DNA of 63,890 nt, the filler included, from Squatina squatina (lineage: Eukaryota), in the NCBI GenBank assembly GCA_031763465.1. It is 3 parts of 3 records of this genome, joined end to end, with 100 filler letters (N's around TTAATTAATTAA, not from the genome) between each part and the next. Parts side by side here need not be neighbours in the genome. Positions count along the whole stretch, not along the records: positions 22,220 to 41,317 come from JARFOE010000168.1; 2 more parts are not named here. One strand, written 5' to 3'. Shown here piece after piece: positions 23,151 to 35,315 of the stretch. Under the pieces are notes generated by a model, which saw only the letters and a program-made list of their open reading frames with translations, searched no databases and had not been told where the DNA came from. The stretch's first letter is position 1; the number at the start of each line of letters is the position of its first letter. Both the position numbers and the translations under genes were made by a program.

Positions 23151-24745
23151 TGTGTTGGTGATTGGAACNNNNNNNNNNNNNNNNNNNNNNNNNNNNNNNN
23201 NNNNNNNNNNNNNNNNNNNNNNNNNNNNNNNNNNNNNNNNNNNNNNNNNNNNNNNNNNNNNNNNNNNNGGTTTTTTCACATCTGCCTGTCCTGCCCTGTG
23301 GATTTTGTACATCAATTTGTCTTCCATTTTGTTGTACTGGCTTGCCCAAATATTCTCCATTTTGTATCGAATTCTACAATTCCTAAGTGAGCATCTATGG
23401 CAAACTTGTTGGCGATAGTCAATGTGGCACTTGTACGGCACAAATGTTAATTGCTACTTATCAGTGCAAGTTTTGTTATAGTAATCAAATTTATGTTGTT
23501 ACCAGGCCCCTGGCATGGCTGAAAATTTAATTTTGTCTTTTGGCAACTTGATTTTGAATGGGAAAACACAAATGTTGGACTGGTGAGTAATCTTTATTTA
23601 TAGTTAAAATCTTCAAATGGTGTGACTCTGCACAGGTCTGAGAATCCAAACTCTAATGATAAGGTGACAAATTAGACTATTTCAGTTGTCAATAGACAAG
23701 AAGGCATGTAATTATCTTATCCACTTACCTAGCCAGGAGAGCACTGAGGTACATGTGCATCATGACCTTGCTAATGGCTAAACACCAAGCAACAAACATG
23801 ACTCTTCTGATTCTTTTGTAAAAGGTGGTTCACCGTAATAATTGTTCCACCCTTAAGATCTTTGCAAGTGTCACATTATAGCACAGTGCACTTCACAAAC
23901 TAAACACACTGACTGTAATGTTTTATGCTCTCTGGAAAGACTCAGCACTTAGCAGATTGGGGACGAACTGACTAAATTGATTATGCACATGGATTTGGAG
24001 CAACAGGACTGCAAATTGGAGTGAGTGTCTTGACATTTATGGTTGTGTATTTTTTTAAGTGGATCTACTCTTGCTGGAAATCTGCTCTGTGGTTTGCAAG
24101 ATTGACGCAGTAATCAGGTTGACAACCTGGATGGTGACTGATGGGCTAGATTCTCAATCAAATTAGTAGCTTGGACAACTGAACTGGTAGAAGTTGCATG
24201 ATAGTGGCCGCGTATATTCAGTCAGGTACTCTACTTGGCGAGATTGTACTGCTATGGGTGATGTTGACTTGGTAGTNNNNNNNNNNNNNNNNNNNNNNNN
24301 NNNNNNNNNNNNNNNNNNNNNNNNNNNNNNNNNNNNNNNNNNNNNNNNNNNNNNNNNNNNNNNNNNNNNNNNNNNNACTGAGCGGTGACACCAGATTTAC
24401 ACCCCCTCCAAGTTTATCATCAGTGCGAAGCTCAAACCACTTCACACCAACAACAAGTTTGTGGAGGCCGTATCTCTGGGGTCTAGGGAATTTGTGGGAT
24501 GGGTGGAGAGCCCATGTCAGGAGCCCAGATTTTGGGGTGGGCCTTGGTTAGCTAGCTTTCTGCCTTGTGCAAGATTCGGGCCCAGTATGGGAGGTGGTGG
24601 TGGGGCAGGAGGCAAGGTGGGGGCGGGGGTGGAGTGGGCAAATCTTCCACCTAGCTACAGAAAGAGTTTTGTTCATTTGGGGGCGGGTTTGGGAGAATTC
24701 CAACTTTGGGACCTAATGGAACTCACGTCAGCTGGGACTGGTAAC

Positions 24746-24895
24746 GTATGTAGCGCCTTTCACATCCATTGGACATCTCAAAGCACTTTACAGCCAATAA
24801 AATACTTTTGGAGTGTAGTCACTTTTACAATGTAGGAAACACGGCAGCCACATTGCACACAGCAAGCTCCCACAAACAGCAATGTGATAATGACA
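24746..24895 (-). mobile_element. Deu-domain SINE (SacSINE1-like) 3' fragment
   Basis: Near-identical to 48060-48210 (TTTACAGCCAAT..GTGTAGTCACT..GTAGGAAAC..GCAAGCTCCCACAAACAGCAA). Confidence 0.8.
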
Positions 24896-27106
24896 ACTGT
24901 GCCTGGGCCTGGGGCTTGGCTGGTCCTGGGACTGAGCTTGAGCCAAAATACCAGTGCAGTAGAGCAAATGCTGTGCTTGCTGTGTTGTGTTCAGGCAACT
25001 TTTCCTTAGCAAATTGTGATTTTACGCATGCAAACAAACCTGAATGCAGCTATTTGTCTCCTCAATCTGCTCCTGATCTATGAGTCTGTATATAAAGATA
25101 GGCTTTCCTGCATTCCACAAGACAGGAATGATCAATCGGCTCATAACTGAATCCAGATGAATGTTTTGTCATCATTACTAAAGCAAATTCATTTTGAGAT
25201 GTTTCTCAGGAGCTTGTTATTTTAATAATTGCTGCAGAAATGAAAAAGGAAAGATAAACAAGGGACTCGGGAGCTTTTATTGTGGATGGCATTAACCCTC
25301 AGTGAACTGGTAAATCTCTCCAATGTTCAAGATTACGAAAATCATGACGTGAGTTCAAGATGTAGAGGCATTGCATTTCTTAGTTCATTGTGTTACTGGA
25401 ACAAACTATGAGCATGTCAAGCAAAATATCTGATTGATTCCCACTCATCCATCAGCATTACATGTCCCATTGAAATGAGATTGCTACTCACCAAACAAGG
25501 TTAGACCTCCTTGTTGTATTGATAAAGAGAGAAACATGACTGAGGGGTGCAGGTGGTTCAATTTCACAACAGAGAATGGAACGCGGGTCTCTGATCCTTT
25601 GTTGATTCTACATGAGATGACGATGGGCACCCTGATCCAGTGGGCCCAACTCCAGTGCCAAACTGCTGCTAATTTTACACTAATTGACCATCACCTTCAG
25701 AGGGTCCTTGAGGATGATGTGGGGAATGCCACTGGTGATGTCCGAGGCTCTCTCTTCAGGCTGGGCTATGCCTTATGGTCAGAGCTGGGGAAGCTGTATC
25801 CTACAGCTGGCTGTGCTCTACCTTTACTGAGGGGCTGCTTGATGCTGACACCGAGTCGCTGAAAGGGCAAAGAGTTGCATTTGCTGGTGCGAGCATCAAT
25901 TGCCTCGGTTAGCATAAAAATTCTGCAAAAAGTCACTTAAAAAGTGAAAAGTGTTGTATGTATTGGGGAAGGAGTGAAGGGAGCAGTAGAAAAAAGGAGA
26001 GTGAGAGAGAGAGATGAACTAGTTAGACCTTTCTTGGTGATTAAATCACTAAGTAATTCACTGCCCAACATCTCAGGAAATGGAACAGTGCAATTGCTTA
26101 TTGGAGATGGGAAGGATCCATGTCATAGTTATAACACACAGGCCCCGAGTTTCCTGAACCTGGAGGACAGAACAAGGACACAAGTTGGGCATGGGGAGGG
26201 GGCGTGGGAGGTAGAATTTGGGACAGGACCTAGTTCTGGTGGGTCTCTGCCCCTCTATTTAGATTGCGAAATTTGGATGGGAGGGGCTGGTGTTTCTTGC
26301 ACTCATCCCTTCCCTCCTGACATCATCGAAAGAGGCAGGGCTGGTGCGATGACAGGCAGCACCAGACATTCTGACGGTTCTGCCTGCCTGCAATGCTGAG
26401 CCCAGATGTCCTCTTCCACTTCACTTCTGGTGGCAGAAAAGGGCTCCAGGTGTTTCAGGACCACAGTCTTAATGGCAGAGATCTACAAGGCAACCTTTAA
26501 TAATGCATCTTTTGAGGTGAATTGAACCACCCTTCAAGTTGGGAGGTAAATATCTATATAAATACCATTAAAAAGCTTGTCGAAAGTTGACACTTCCTGT
26601 CTGCAAATGTTACTTCCTGTTGTCACAATTTCTGGTCAGTATTGTGTCAATATTTCCGTCAATATTGAACATCGAATTATCCTATGTCAATGTCACGATT
26701 AAGCATTACAGCTACAGCCTCCCACCACTGGTGGCGCTGTAGTGTCCCAATCGCCCAGCTGCTGTGCCTGAGCTACAGACATGTGAAAGTTCCTCCAGCC
26801 TTTGCTGGTGCTGCTTCATAAATTGCCTGTAAGTGTGTGTCGACTAAACTTTTAAATTAATTTTTAATGGTTCATTTGCTTCTATCATGCTGCTCGAGCC
26901 TTTACTAAGTTCAATTTTCTCCAGTCCCACTGGTTCCCTCAGCCCTGGCCTGCAATGTCCAGATCTCGAATTTGTTTGCCCCCAGCCCGATTATATCCGT
27001 GGGCTTCTTTCAGTTTCTCTTCCTCCATTTCACCATGAGCATTGCCGTGGGGGATCTGCCAGCATAAAAACAGAAGTAAAAACAAAAATAAACTGTGATG
27101 AGAAAC

Positions 27107-27212
27107 AATTGCGATCGGAGGCTTCCTGCGTGCGGGTGCCTCCAATAGCAATTTATTCTCCGTACTTACCTAAGCGTCCTGGATCCACGCGACCTTGCGA
27201 TATTCAGCCCCC
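27107..27212 (+). repeat. Left copy of inverted hairpin-bearing element end
   Basis: Reverse complement of 28218-28334, with long identical blocks (CGTACTTACCTAAG, GTCCTGGATCCACG, GACCTTGCGATAT). Confidence 0.9.
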
Positions 27213-27369
27213 ACCGAGTTGGANNNNNNNNNNNNNNNNNNNNNNNNNNNNNNNNNNNNNNNNNNNNNNNNNNNNNNNNNNNNNNNNNNNNNNNNNNNNN
27301 NNNNNNNNNNNNNNNNNNNNNNNGAAAAGTACTCGTCATCTGAAACAAAAAGCAATTTTTCTTTTTTAG

Positions 27370-27462
27370 GAAAATTCGTTTACCTTTAGGGATACTTTGG
27401 ACCAAGTCTTTAAAGGCGATTCCTCCTCAGGAAGCAAAACTCTTTGCAGTCTTTGAAGTAAG
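27370..27462 (+). CDS. Orphan candidate 93-nt symmetric exon
   Basis: ttttcttttttag| acceptor and AAG|gtaatg donor. One frame is fully open (KIRLPLGILWTKSLKAIPPQEAKLFAVFEV) but the protein is not recognised; it could be a non-coding exon. Confidence 0.3.
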
Positions 27463-28217
27463 GTAATGGCCTCCCTCTGTGCTATTTCTGAAGGAGCAGC
27501 GCTCCAACTGAGCTTCGTGACTTCTGATCAAAGAAAGCAATGAAGCATGTTATGGTATTTGGCAGATGTCTGTAAAGAAGGCAAGTATATTCTGTATCTT
27601 TATTTCTCACTGATTGATGCTTCTCTTGTGCAGATGGATAGGTCTGCTTCTGACACCCAGATCCATAAGATGAATAAACTCATAACATTTCCATTCAGCC
27701 AGTCTTCTTCAAAGAAAATGAGTGTCGATCAATCATGCAATGACATCAGTGAAGGGGTGTGAGGTAACTGGTCACAATTNNNNNNNNNNTACTTGTTGTA
27801 AATGAAACACTGAAAAATGTTTAATGTCTCCTTAAAGTTTATGATCATTTTATGCTTATCATCACTTTCTTACTTCTCCAGATTATTAACAAGACCATTT
27901 CATTCCACTCGCGCTCCCACACATCTGTTCTTCGCTGTGATGTTATGTGATTAGAGCTAGGGTGGCGAGGGGGCTTCTCTGACACAACCGACAGGAGATA
28001 TGATGAGTAAGGACAGACTGTCAAATAGCTGCCCTCTGTCATCTATCTGAAAACCGAAGAAGGTTCCTGCAAATCCCTTTCAGGTTGCTAATTCAGCTCA
28101 GATCAAAGCAGTGTTGGNNNNNNNNNNNNNNNNNNNNNNNNNNNNNNNNNNNNNNNNNNNNNNNNNNNNNNNNNNNNNNNNNNNNNNNNNNNNNNNNNNN
28201 NNNNNNNNNNNNNNNNN

Positions 28218-28334
28218 GGGGGGTGCTGGATATCGCAAGGTCCCGTGGATCCAGGACCCTTAGGTAAGTACGTAACCTTTTTTGCGATTGGAGGCAACCA
28301 CTCATGGGAAGCCTCCAATCGCAATTTCAGGGCC
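28218..28334 (-). repeat. Right copy of inverted hairpin-bearing element end (TIR GGCCCTGAAATT)
   Basis: Inverted partner of 27107-27212; internal hairpin GCGATTGGAGGC...GCCTCCAATCGC. Confidence 0.9.
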
Positions 28335-28544
28335 ATAGTCTCAACCTGGCTGAGTTCTGTTTCCATAGCAACTGAGCACTAAGCATTCATTGTTGGGTTC
28401 TACCAATAAAGAGTATTTAGAAATTTTGTAATCACTTCTATCTTCTTTCAGCAATTTATAACTTTTTTATTGAACCACTGAGCTTGTGATAGAACTAATC
28501 TATTGTATGTGGGCGCACTAAGAACAGATTGGCATAATATTGCA

Positions 28545-29032
28545 AATGAAAATAATGAAATAGCAGACTTGTTGATTAATTACTTTGTGTCAGACTTCAC
28601 AGTAGAAGAAGAAGATAATGTACTTGACACACCAGAGAAATTAAAATGAATCAAGGACTGAAACCCACTAAAGTTAACGTAAGCAAGCAAACAGTATTAG
28701 AAAAATTAATCGCACAAAAGACTGACAAATTCCCAGGACCTGATGATTTCCACGCAGGGTTTCAAAGGAAGTACAGGGAGAAAATTGGAGATGCTTCATC
28801 CACAATCTTTCCAAGCTCTCTTTATTCAGGAATTGTACCTTTAGATTGGAAAATTGCAAATATAACTCCATTATTTAAGAAAGGTGTGAGAGAGAAACTA
28901 GGAAATTATAGACCTGTTAGTCTTGCATCTGTTGTGGGGAAGTTATTGGAATCTATAATTAAGGACAAAGTGATGAAGCACTTAGAGATAATTGAGCTGA
29001 TTAGAGAGAGCCAAATTGGATTTGTAAAGGGT
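28545..29032 (+). mobile_element. CR1 LINE ORF2 fragment (start of RT)
   Basis: KFPGPDD..., DWKIANITPLFKKG..GNYRPVSLASVVGKLLESIIKD..ESQIGFVKG. Confidence 0.92.
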
Positions 29033-29245
29033 AACAAACCTGGCGAAGCTGGCAATGCCATCAACAATTTCCCCTGCAGGACGTTAAGGGGACTGTGGGG
29101 TTGCCTCACACAGCGATCATGTCATCGCCGGTTGCGTGGCAGCTTGGGGCGCTAACCGCGAGGCCCAGCACTAATGTCCCAGCGCCTCCTGGGCAATTTT
29201 CCGGGAGGCGGTAATGAGGCTATAAAAAGGGGCAATTTTGCCCCC
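29033..29245. mobile_element. GC-rich non-autonomous DNA element end (same family as 32614-33297)
   Basis: Shares CACAGCGAT(C/G)ATGTCATCGCCGGTTG and the terminal AAAAAGGGG(C/T)..ATTT with ~33138-33297. Confidence 0.7.
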
Positions 29246-29302
29246 AACCCCCATCTTTATTTGAATGGAAAGTACTAATTTTTTATTTGTACTTCCTCCT
29301 AG

Positions 29303-29461
29303 CTTCATCGACTCCATGCATAGAATTGAAGACATTTGAAGGTGAAACAGCACTGCATCTTGCTGCCAAATGTGGCCATTTAAAAATTGTTCAGATTCTG
29401 CTAAAGGCTGGGGCAAATCCGAACGCCATCACTAATGAAAATGTAACGCCACTTTTTTTAG
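29303..29461 (+). CDS. ASB3: Ankyrin repeat and SOCS box protein 3, internal ankyrin exon
   Basis: cctcctag| acceptor and G|gtaaga donor; [52 protein letters not shown]. Matches ASB3 KTFEG..ALHLAA..GH.KIVQILL.AGA.PNA.T.E..TPLFLA. Confidence 0.82.
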
Positions 29462-32400
29462 GTAAGACACTGAAAACATAGGTTTTGGGCCATAATTTGC
29501 TGTGGAAGGGTGTCCGCAGTTAATTGGACTTGCCCTTACACTNNNNNNNNNNNNNNNNNNNNNNNNNNNNNNNNNNNNNNNNNNNNNNNNNNNNNNNNNN
29601 NNNNNNNNNNNNNNNNNNNNNNNNNNNNNNNNNNNNNNNNNNCCTCGTAGAGAGCTAAGACATCGCTAGTTGAGGCGAACTGGGCCGGGCCGGGCCGCGT
29701 AATGCTATACCAGGTGAACGTAGTTATCGTCATCGTGTGCGTTATATTAATGTGCTTCGCTGACTTGATAAAAACGGATTGAAGATAATGTCACAATGAA
29801 TGAACAATACATTAATAATAAATGTGGAAGTGGATAGATTCATTATGAGGCATACGAGTATAAGAAGTAATTCATAATATATAACATTCTCCAAGGGGAA
29901 AATCTCACTAAGCACAACTCGCAAAATCAATCTTTAGCAAGAAAAATTACAATCGCTCTGTGCTCATTAGTTTAGTATCCATTGAGATTTTTGGAATCAT
30001 TCTGCCATTGAAATGATTGATGCTGTAGTTTTGTGATTATTGACTTTGTTTGGATCAATTTATTTTGGGCCTTGACTCAAGGTCTATTTTATCAGGTTCA
30101 GGTGAGGCAGTAATCTCCCAAACTACTGCACAGGGGTTAGCTCATTAAGGTCAAGCGTTCCTGAGGGCGCCTGTGGTAAGATGTTGGGAATATTATAGAA
30201 AGAAGAAAGATTTGCTTTTCTATCGTNNNNNNNNNNNNNNNNNNNNNNNNNNNNNNNNNNNNNNNNNNNNNNNNNNNNNNNNNNNNNNNNNNNNNNNNNN
30301 NNNNNNNNNNNNNNNNNNNNNNNNNNGGGCAAACAGTCAGGCCATTGCTTTCGTAGCCTGTGCAAACTTGATAAGAAGCTTAAGGTCGTCGAGAGTAATC
30401 ACAAAAAGCCCTTTATCCTGGTTAAACCCACCATCAATTTCAGCAATGAAACATGTGCATCAGACACAAGTTCAGACAATGATTATCATGTCATTCAAAG
30501 AGAGACAATATTGAATGCTTACTATTTTAGTATTCTGAAATCTTCTAATTAAATGTCACCGCCTGTAGCNNNNNNNNNNAGCAACTTGTGCGCAACCAAA
30601 CTGCTTCATGAAAGAAAATAGTTTGAAGAACGTCTTGACTGGTAGTTAGGGTTGCTGAGCCTCCAGTATTGCTCAGGGATTAAAGACCAATCTTGAGGGC
30701 ACTGTTGCCAGCAAACTTTGGAGAAAAAGCATAGGGTGTTAAAAAAATGGTGGTTTTTTTCACTTTCTTCATTTAATAGCTATAAAAATATTGGATATGG
30801 CTAAAAAGGGTGTTTGACTGACAAGGAAGAATCACCCAATTGCTGAAGAGTCTGTTCGCTTTCCAATTGGCAGAGGAGTACCATTGGACAACCAATGGTG
30901 NNNNNNNNNNNNNNNNNNNNNNNNNNNNNNNNNNNNNNNNNNNNNNNNNNNNNNNNNNNNNNNNNNNNNNNNNNNNNNNNNNNNNNNNNNNNNNNNNNNN
31001 CTATTGCTTGTGCCAGGACCAGCACCTGTAGGACCATGCAGTGATGCTCATGAGAATGAGCTGGTGGATGCAAAGGAAGGGCAGGACAGCTTCTGGCAGT
31101 AGCAGCACTGCTTCAAGTGCTGGCTTGCACTTAGATGAGGTACCACAAGCGCTGGACATCCTCCATCTTCCAGTACATCAGGCAGCTGACCATTTTCCAT
31201 GTATCAGACAAGTAGGGAGCATCCAACAGGTTATTAAACGACTGGTGACATCAACTCGAAGCCTGACCCTAATCCTATTCAAGCTGGGCATCTACACCGA
31301 GAAACCTACCAGCAGGAGTTACTGAAGAACAATTAGGAGGAGGCTGGATGAAGGCTGATTGCTCCCCTCCCTACCCCAGGGGCTTTGAGATCAAATGTAT
31401 AGAATGATGATTGACACCACTGCGTCAGCCAATCAGTTGACGGGACTTACAGCAAACGGTCTACTTACTCAGCAAACAGAGTCTATTTATAAAGCGTCTC
31501 CAAGAACTACAGGAAACAGAACTCATGACCAAAACTATAGCAACGTCTCTCGATAAAAGCAGGATTATTTCTCCAGCAAAAGCAGAGGGTGGAGGATAGT
31601 TACAAATACAAATTATGTGCGTCAAATCAATCCCAGATGGGGGAAATTAACCAATCCATCTCCATTTTGGCTGGGAATAATGGTGTCACTATATGCAGGC
31701 AACATGATCCTATGCTGGTGTGATCATAGGACCTAATGTAAATAACGAAATCATCACTTAATAAAATTGCGTTGAGTCCCCACACTTTGTTCTCTTTCAC
31801 CTTATTGATCAGACCATGAGGCAGCAGCACTGAAACAACACTATTGCCTCCTCTCACCCACTTGCGTTACGTACTGTGGCTGATTGTGACCCAATATCAC
31901 AACACATCACCATTCCAAAAATAGAAATGTCCCCCATTGGCACATGAGGCTGTGAACCCAGGCAGCCTCAAATCAGGTGTAACCATTTAACTGTCAGAAC
32001 NNNNNNNNNNNNNNNNNNNNNNNNNNNNNNNNNNNNNNNNNNNNNNNNNNNNNNNNNNNNNNNNNNNNNNNNNNNNNNNNNNNNNNNNNNNNNNNNNNNN
32101 CTCTGATTTTTATTACTTTCAGATTTTGACAGTTTGCAGTTCGGTTCATTTTATTTATGGGTTGAGAAATGTCTATTTACACCATGTAACCTATTCCCTC
32201 CACGGATTTTGTACAATTTGCTTTTTAATAGACTCACTCAACCTATTAAATATCTCGAGAGAATTAGCTAACCGCAGGTTAAAAACTTGGAGAGCGTGAA
32301 ATGTCTTCCAACTGTCCCTTCTCCACTGTCAGGGATCATCAGCTCCCAAAGGTAATAAAGGATGTCAAGGTAACATTACAATCTACATGTAACCCTGCCA

Positions 32401-32613
32401 AGGCTATTAATCAATGAGATTTTGCCTGATCCTGATAGCACTGGGTTTATTATGGAGTATCTGATCATATATCTCTATATTTATCTTCACTTGATTCAAT
32501 CTCATTCTTAAACAGATATTTGTCCAGCTCCTTTTCAAAGCAGTTAAATGACACAGTAAATTCACCATTTGTTTGAGGAAGATACTCTTACTTCTCCCGT
32601 GGTTGTGACTCAC

Positions 32614-33297
32614 TGGGTGAGAAATTCCCCAGTACCCCGATTGGGGGCGGTAACTGGCTCAGGACAGGACTTCCTGCGCCCGGCACGCAAGTCTCAAGCC
32701 GCCGCAATCTCGCGCGCTCCACTTCCTCTTGGGGCGGGTCCCGGGGCGAAGCTGGGGCGCGATCGGCAGCGCTACGCGGTTGCTCTGCATTCAACGTCCC
32801 TCACCTTTGCTTAAAGGGGAGGGCTGCTGCGCTCTTTGCTGGGCTTCTGATGGCCTCCCCAGGGCCTCCAGGACGTCATGGTGCCGAGGCCGCAGCCAAA
32901 ATGGAGCGCCGGGCTGCGCGACGGCAGCCCGTACCACGCAAGGCGAGAAGAAGTCAGGCCGACCGGCGAGTCGGCAAAGCCGCCAAGATGATTAGTGCGA
33001 GGGCGCTCCCCACCTCGCCTTTAACTTCCGCCCCGCGAGCAGACGTCGGCCCGGTTCGCCACCCACGGGGCTGGCGCTGACACCGTTCGCGGAGAAAGGG
33101 GCAAAATCCGCCGGGGGGGGCGGAAAGGGGTCGGCGTGCACAGCGATGATGTCATCGCCGGTTGTGCGGCGGCCTGGGGAGGTACCGGCAGGGTGTGGCA
33201 GAGTCTCCACTAACTCAAACGCAATTTCACGGGAGCCGGTAGCACCCACCCCACGGAGGCGCTAACAGGAGTTGCAAAAAGGGGTCATTTCAACCTC
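32614..33297. mobile_element. Apparently complete CpG-rich non-autonomous (MITE-like, probably Harbinger) element
   Basis: Sharp GC-rich island bounded by GGGTGAGAAATTCCCC and GGGGTCATTTCAACCTC (imperfect inverted termini). Its overlapping ORFs are GC artefacts. Confidence 0.6.
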
Positions 33298-33497
33298 ACT
33301 GATTTTGCACTCCTGACTGAGTTCTGCAACCTTAGTTTATTTTAAGCAGCCTGCTTATATTTACATCGTACCTTTACAAAGATCTTAACCACATATTTTC
33401 TCTACAAAATACAAGACTGAGGGGTAACTTAATAGAGGTCTTGAAAATTATGAGGGGTTTGACAGAGGGAAGATATTTCCACTTGGTATTGGGTTAC

Positions 33498-33921
33498 CTG
33501 AGGGGCCACCACTTGGCAATGATGTGGACATTGCTGACACACGAGGTTGATTCTGTGTAGGTACAGCATTTGAAGAGAATTCAAAATGCGAACCAGCGCG
33601 TGGCCCATGGAAAGAAAGTAATGGGGCAATTTCTCTTCGGATTGACTGCACAGTCTTAATAGTGTGTGTTTCTACCATCTCGGCATCAGAAAGAGTTTCT
33701 CCTTTATGCAAAGAACCTGCAGGCTCTGTTTCTGGTACTGGATTTGAGATATTCTGAAAGACTGACTGAGAAATCTCTGTAATACAAGGTGTTGGTCCTT
33801 GTACTTGTTTACTGGGTTGCTGACTTTGAGTATTAATTGTGTCTTCAGGAACTTGCTTGGTGGTTGCTTCTCCTTGTTCCATTTCTAAGGGTTTTGCTCC
33901 TTCTCTTAAAATTTGTTCCAT
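33498..33921 (-). CDS. Orphan candidate first coding exon, 141 aa Q/P/S/T/E-rich
   Basis: GTG-ATG-G strong Kozak at 33921 just after an in-frame stop. Open for 141 codons to a TCA G|gtaacc donor at 33498. Upstream tttacttcag| acceptor at 34310. No recognisable domain. Confidence 0.4.
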
Positions 33922-35315
33922 CACTCAGATAGACATTCTGTTTCTGAGGTCTCCATTCTGTCTGCCTGGGTTGGAAGTCAATCTCGACCCTAACGTGAAC
34001 ATCGACCAATTGGGCCCAAACTCAGATTTCCCCCCCAAAATTATAATCTAGTTCAGTCCAGTGCCGACCATGCAGTATAGACACATCCGAGCTTTTAAGT
34101 TGACTTAGCACTGAGTCAGAACTTTCCAGGCACAATTGAATAACTTCCATAATTCCATTAATGTTCAATGGTATGGAGTAAATTGAGAGAAATCGGAGCG
34201 GACTTGATTCCTTTCCTTCTTTGTGGAGGTGTCTGAAAACTTTAACTATCTTCAGCAGGGCATTTTAGACATGGTTTTAATCTTAATAAGGTTTTTTTTC
34301 CTCTCAGAGCCTGAAGTAAAATTACATAACAACTATTTTAGATTCACCATTTTCGTGAAAGTGATTTGCCAGAGAAAATGATTTTTTTGTTGTTGTCGCC
34401 CCAACTGTCACCGCCATTCGTTTCCATGATGCCACATGAGCAGTTCCATCCATCCCACCTTCAACCATAATTGCTTCTAATATGCCTTTCTGCTACCCTT
34501 CAAAATCCAATCTCAAATCTTAATGACTTTCTATAGTACACAATAAAGTCTACCTTCAAGTAACTGTGCCATAGGTCTTATTTCAGCTCTCGAGGTGGTC
34601 CCATTGACTGTCNNNNNNNNNNNNNNNNNNNNNNNNNNNNNNNNNNNNNNNNNNNNNNNNNNNNNNNNNNNNNNNNNNNNNNNNNNNNNNNNNNNNNNNN
34701 NNNNNNNNNNNNCTCGCCTAGGTCAGTCCTTGAAGGTGAAAAGGACACAAACCCAACAGATGTTTCCTCAGTACAGCAAAGGCAGAGTAGGCCTTCCTTC
34801 TGCTAAGTGTTAGCCTAGCTCTCCTCGGATGGCTTTACTGAATTGCTGCAAAGATTTTTATTTTTCTCATTTGCATTTAAATGAGAAAAAAATGTCAAAA
34901 ATACGCTGAGTTAAAATGAAACAGAGAAACATTGGATGTCAGCAGTGAATTGATGCATTGTGTGACAGGGGCCACTTAAAAACTGAAATGAGTTTTAATT
35001 TTGAAAATCTACTTACATTGCTACTTGTCGGACAAGCTGCACAGTACATATGTCATAGTGTCATAAGACAAATAGAATGCTTTTACCAAACAAGCCAGGG
35101 ACAGCAAGCAGAGCAAGTCATTGATTTACACTTCCCTTTAAGTCTTAAGATGGGGATTTAAGGGGGAAACAAACCAGCCTGCTGTTGATACAGATGGTGC
35201 AGAGTGTAATGTCATTTCTGCTTAAACAAGAACTCAACTTCTTTGTGAGGAAAAGAAAAGGGAAGGCAGCTCATAGCAGCAAACTAACCAACAGATATCG
35301 CTGGCTTGAAAAAGT

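Noticed and set aside
27163-27172. TACTTACCT resembling the U1 snRNA 5' end
   Set aside because: Downstream sequence does not follow U1; it is the reverse complement of a donor-like motif within a repeat.
32569-33249. Five overlapping ORFs and CpG-island look suggesting a gene promoter
   Set aside because: Shares sequence with 29033-29245 and has inverted termini, so it is an interspersed GC-rich element with few stops by composition.
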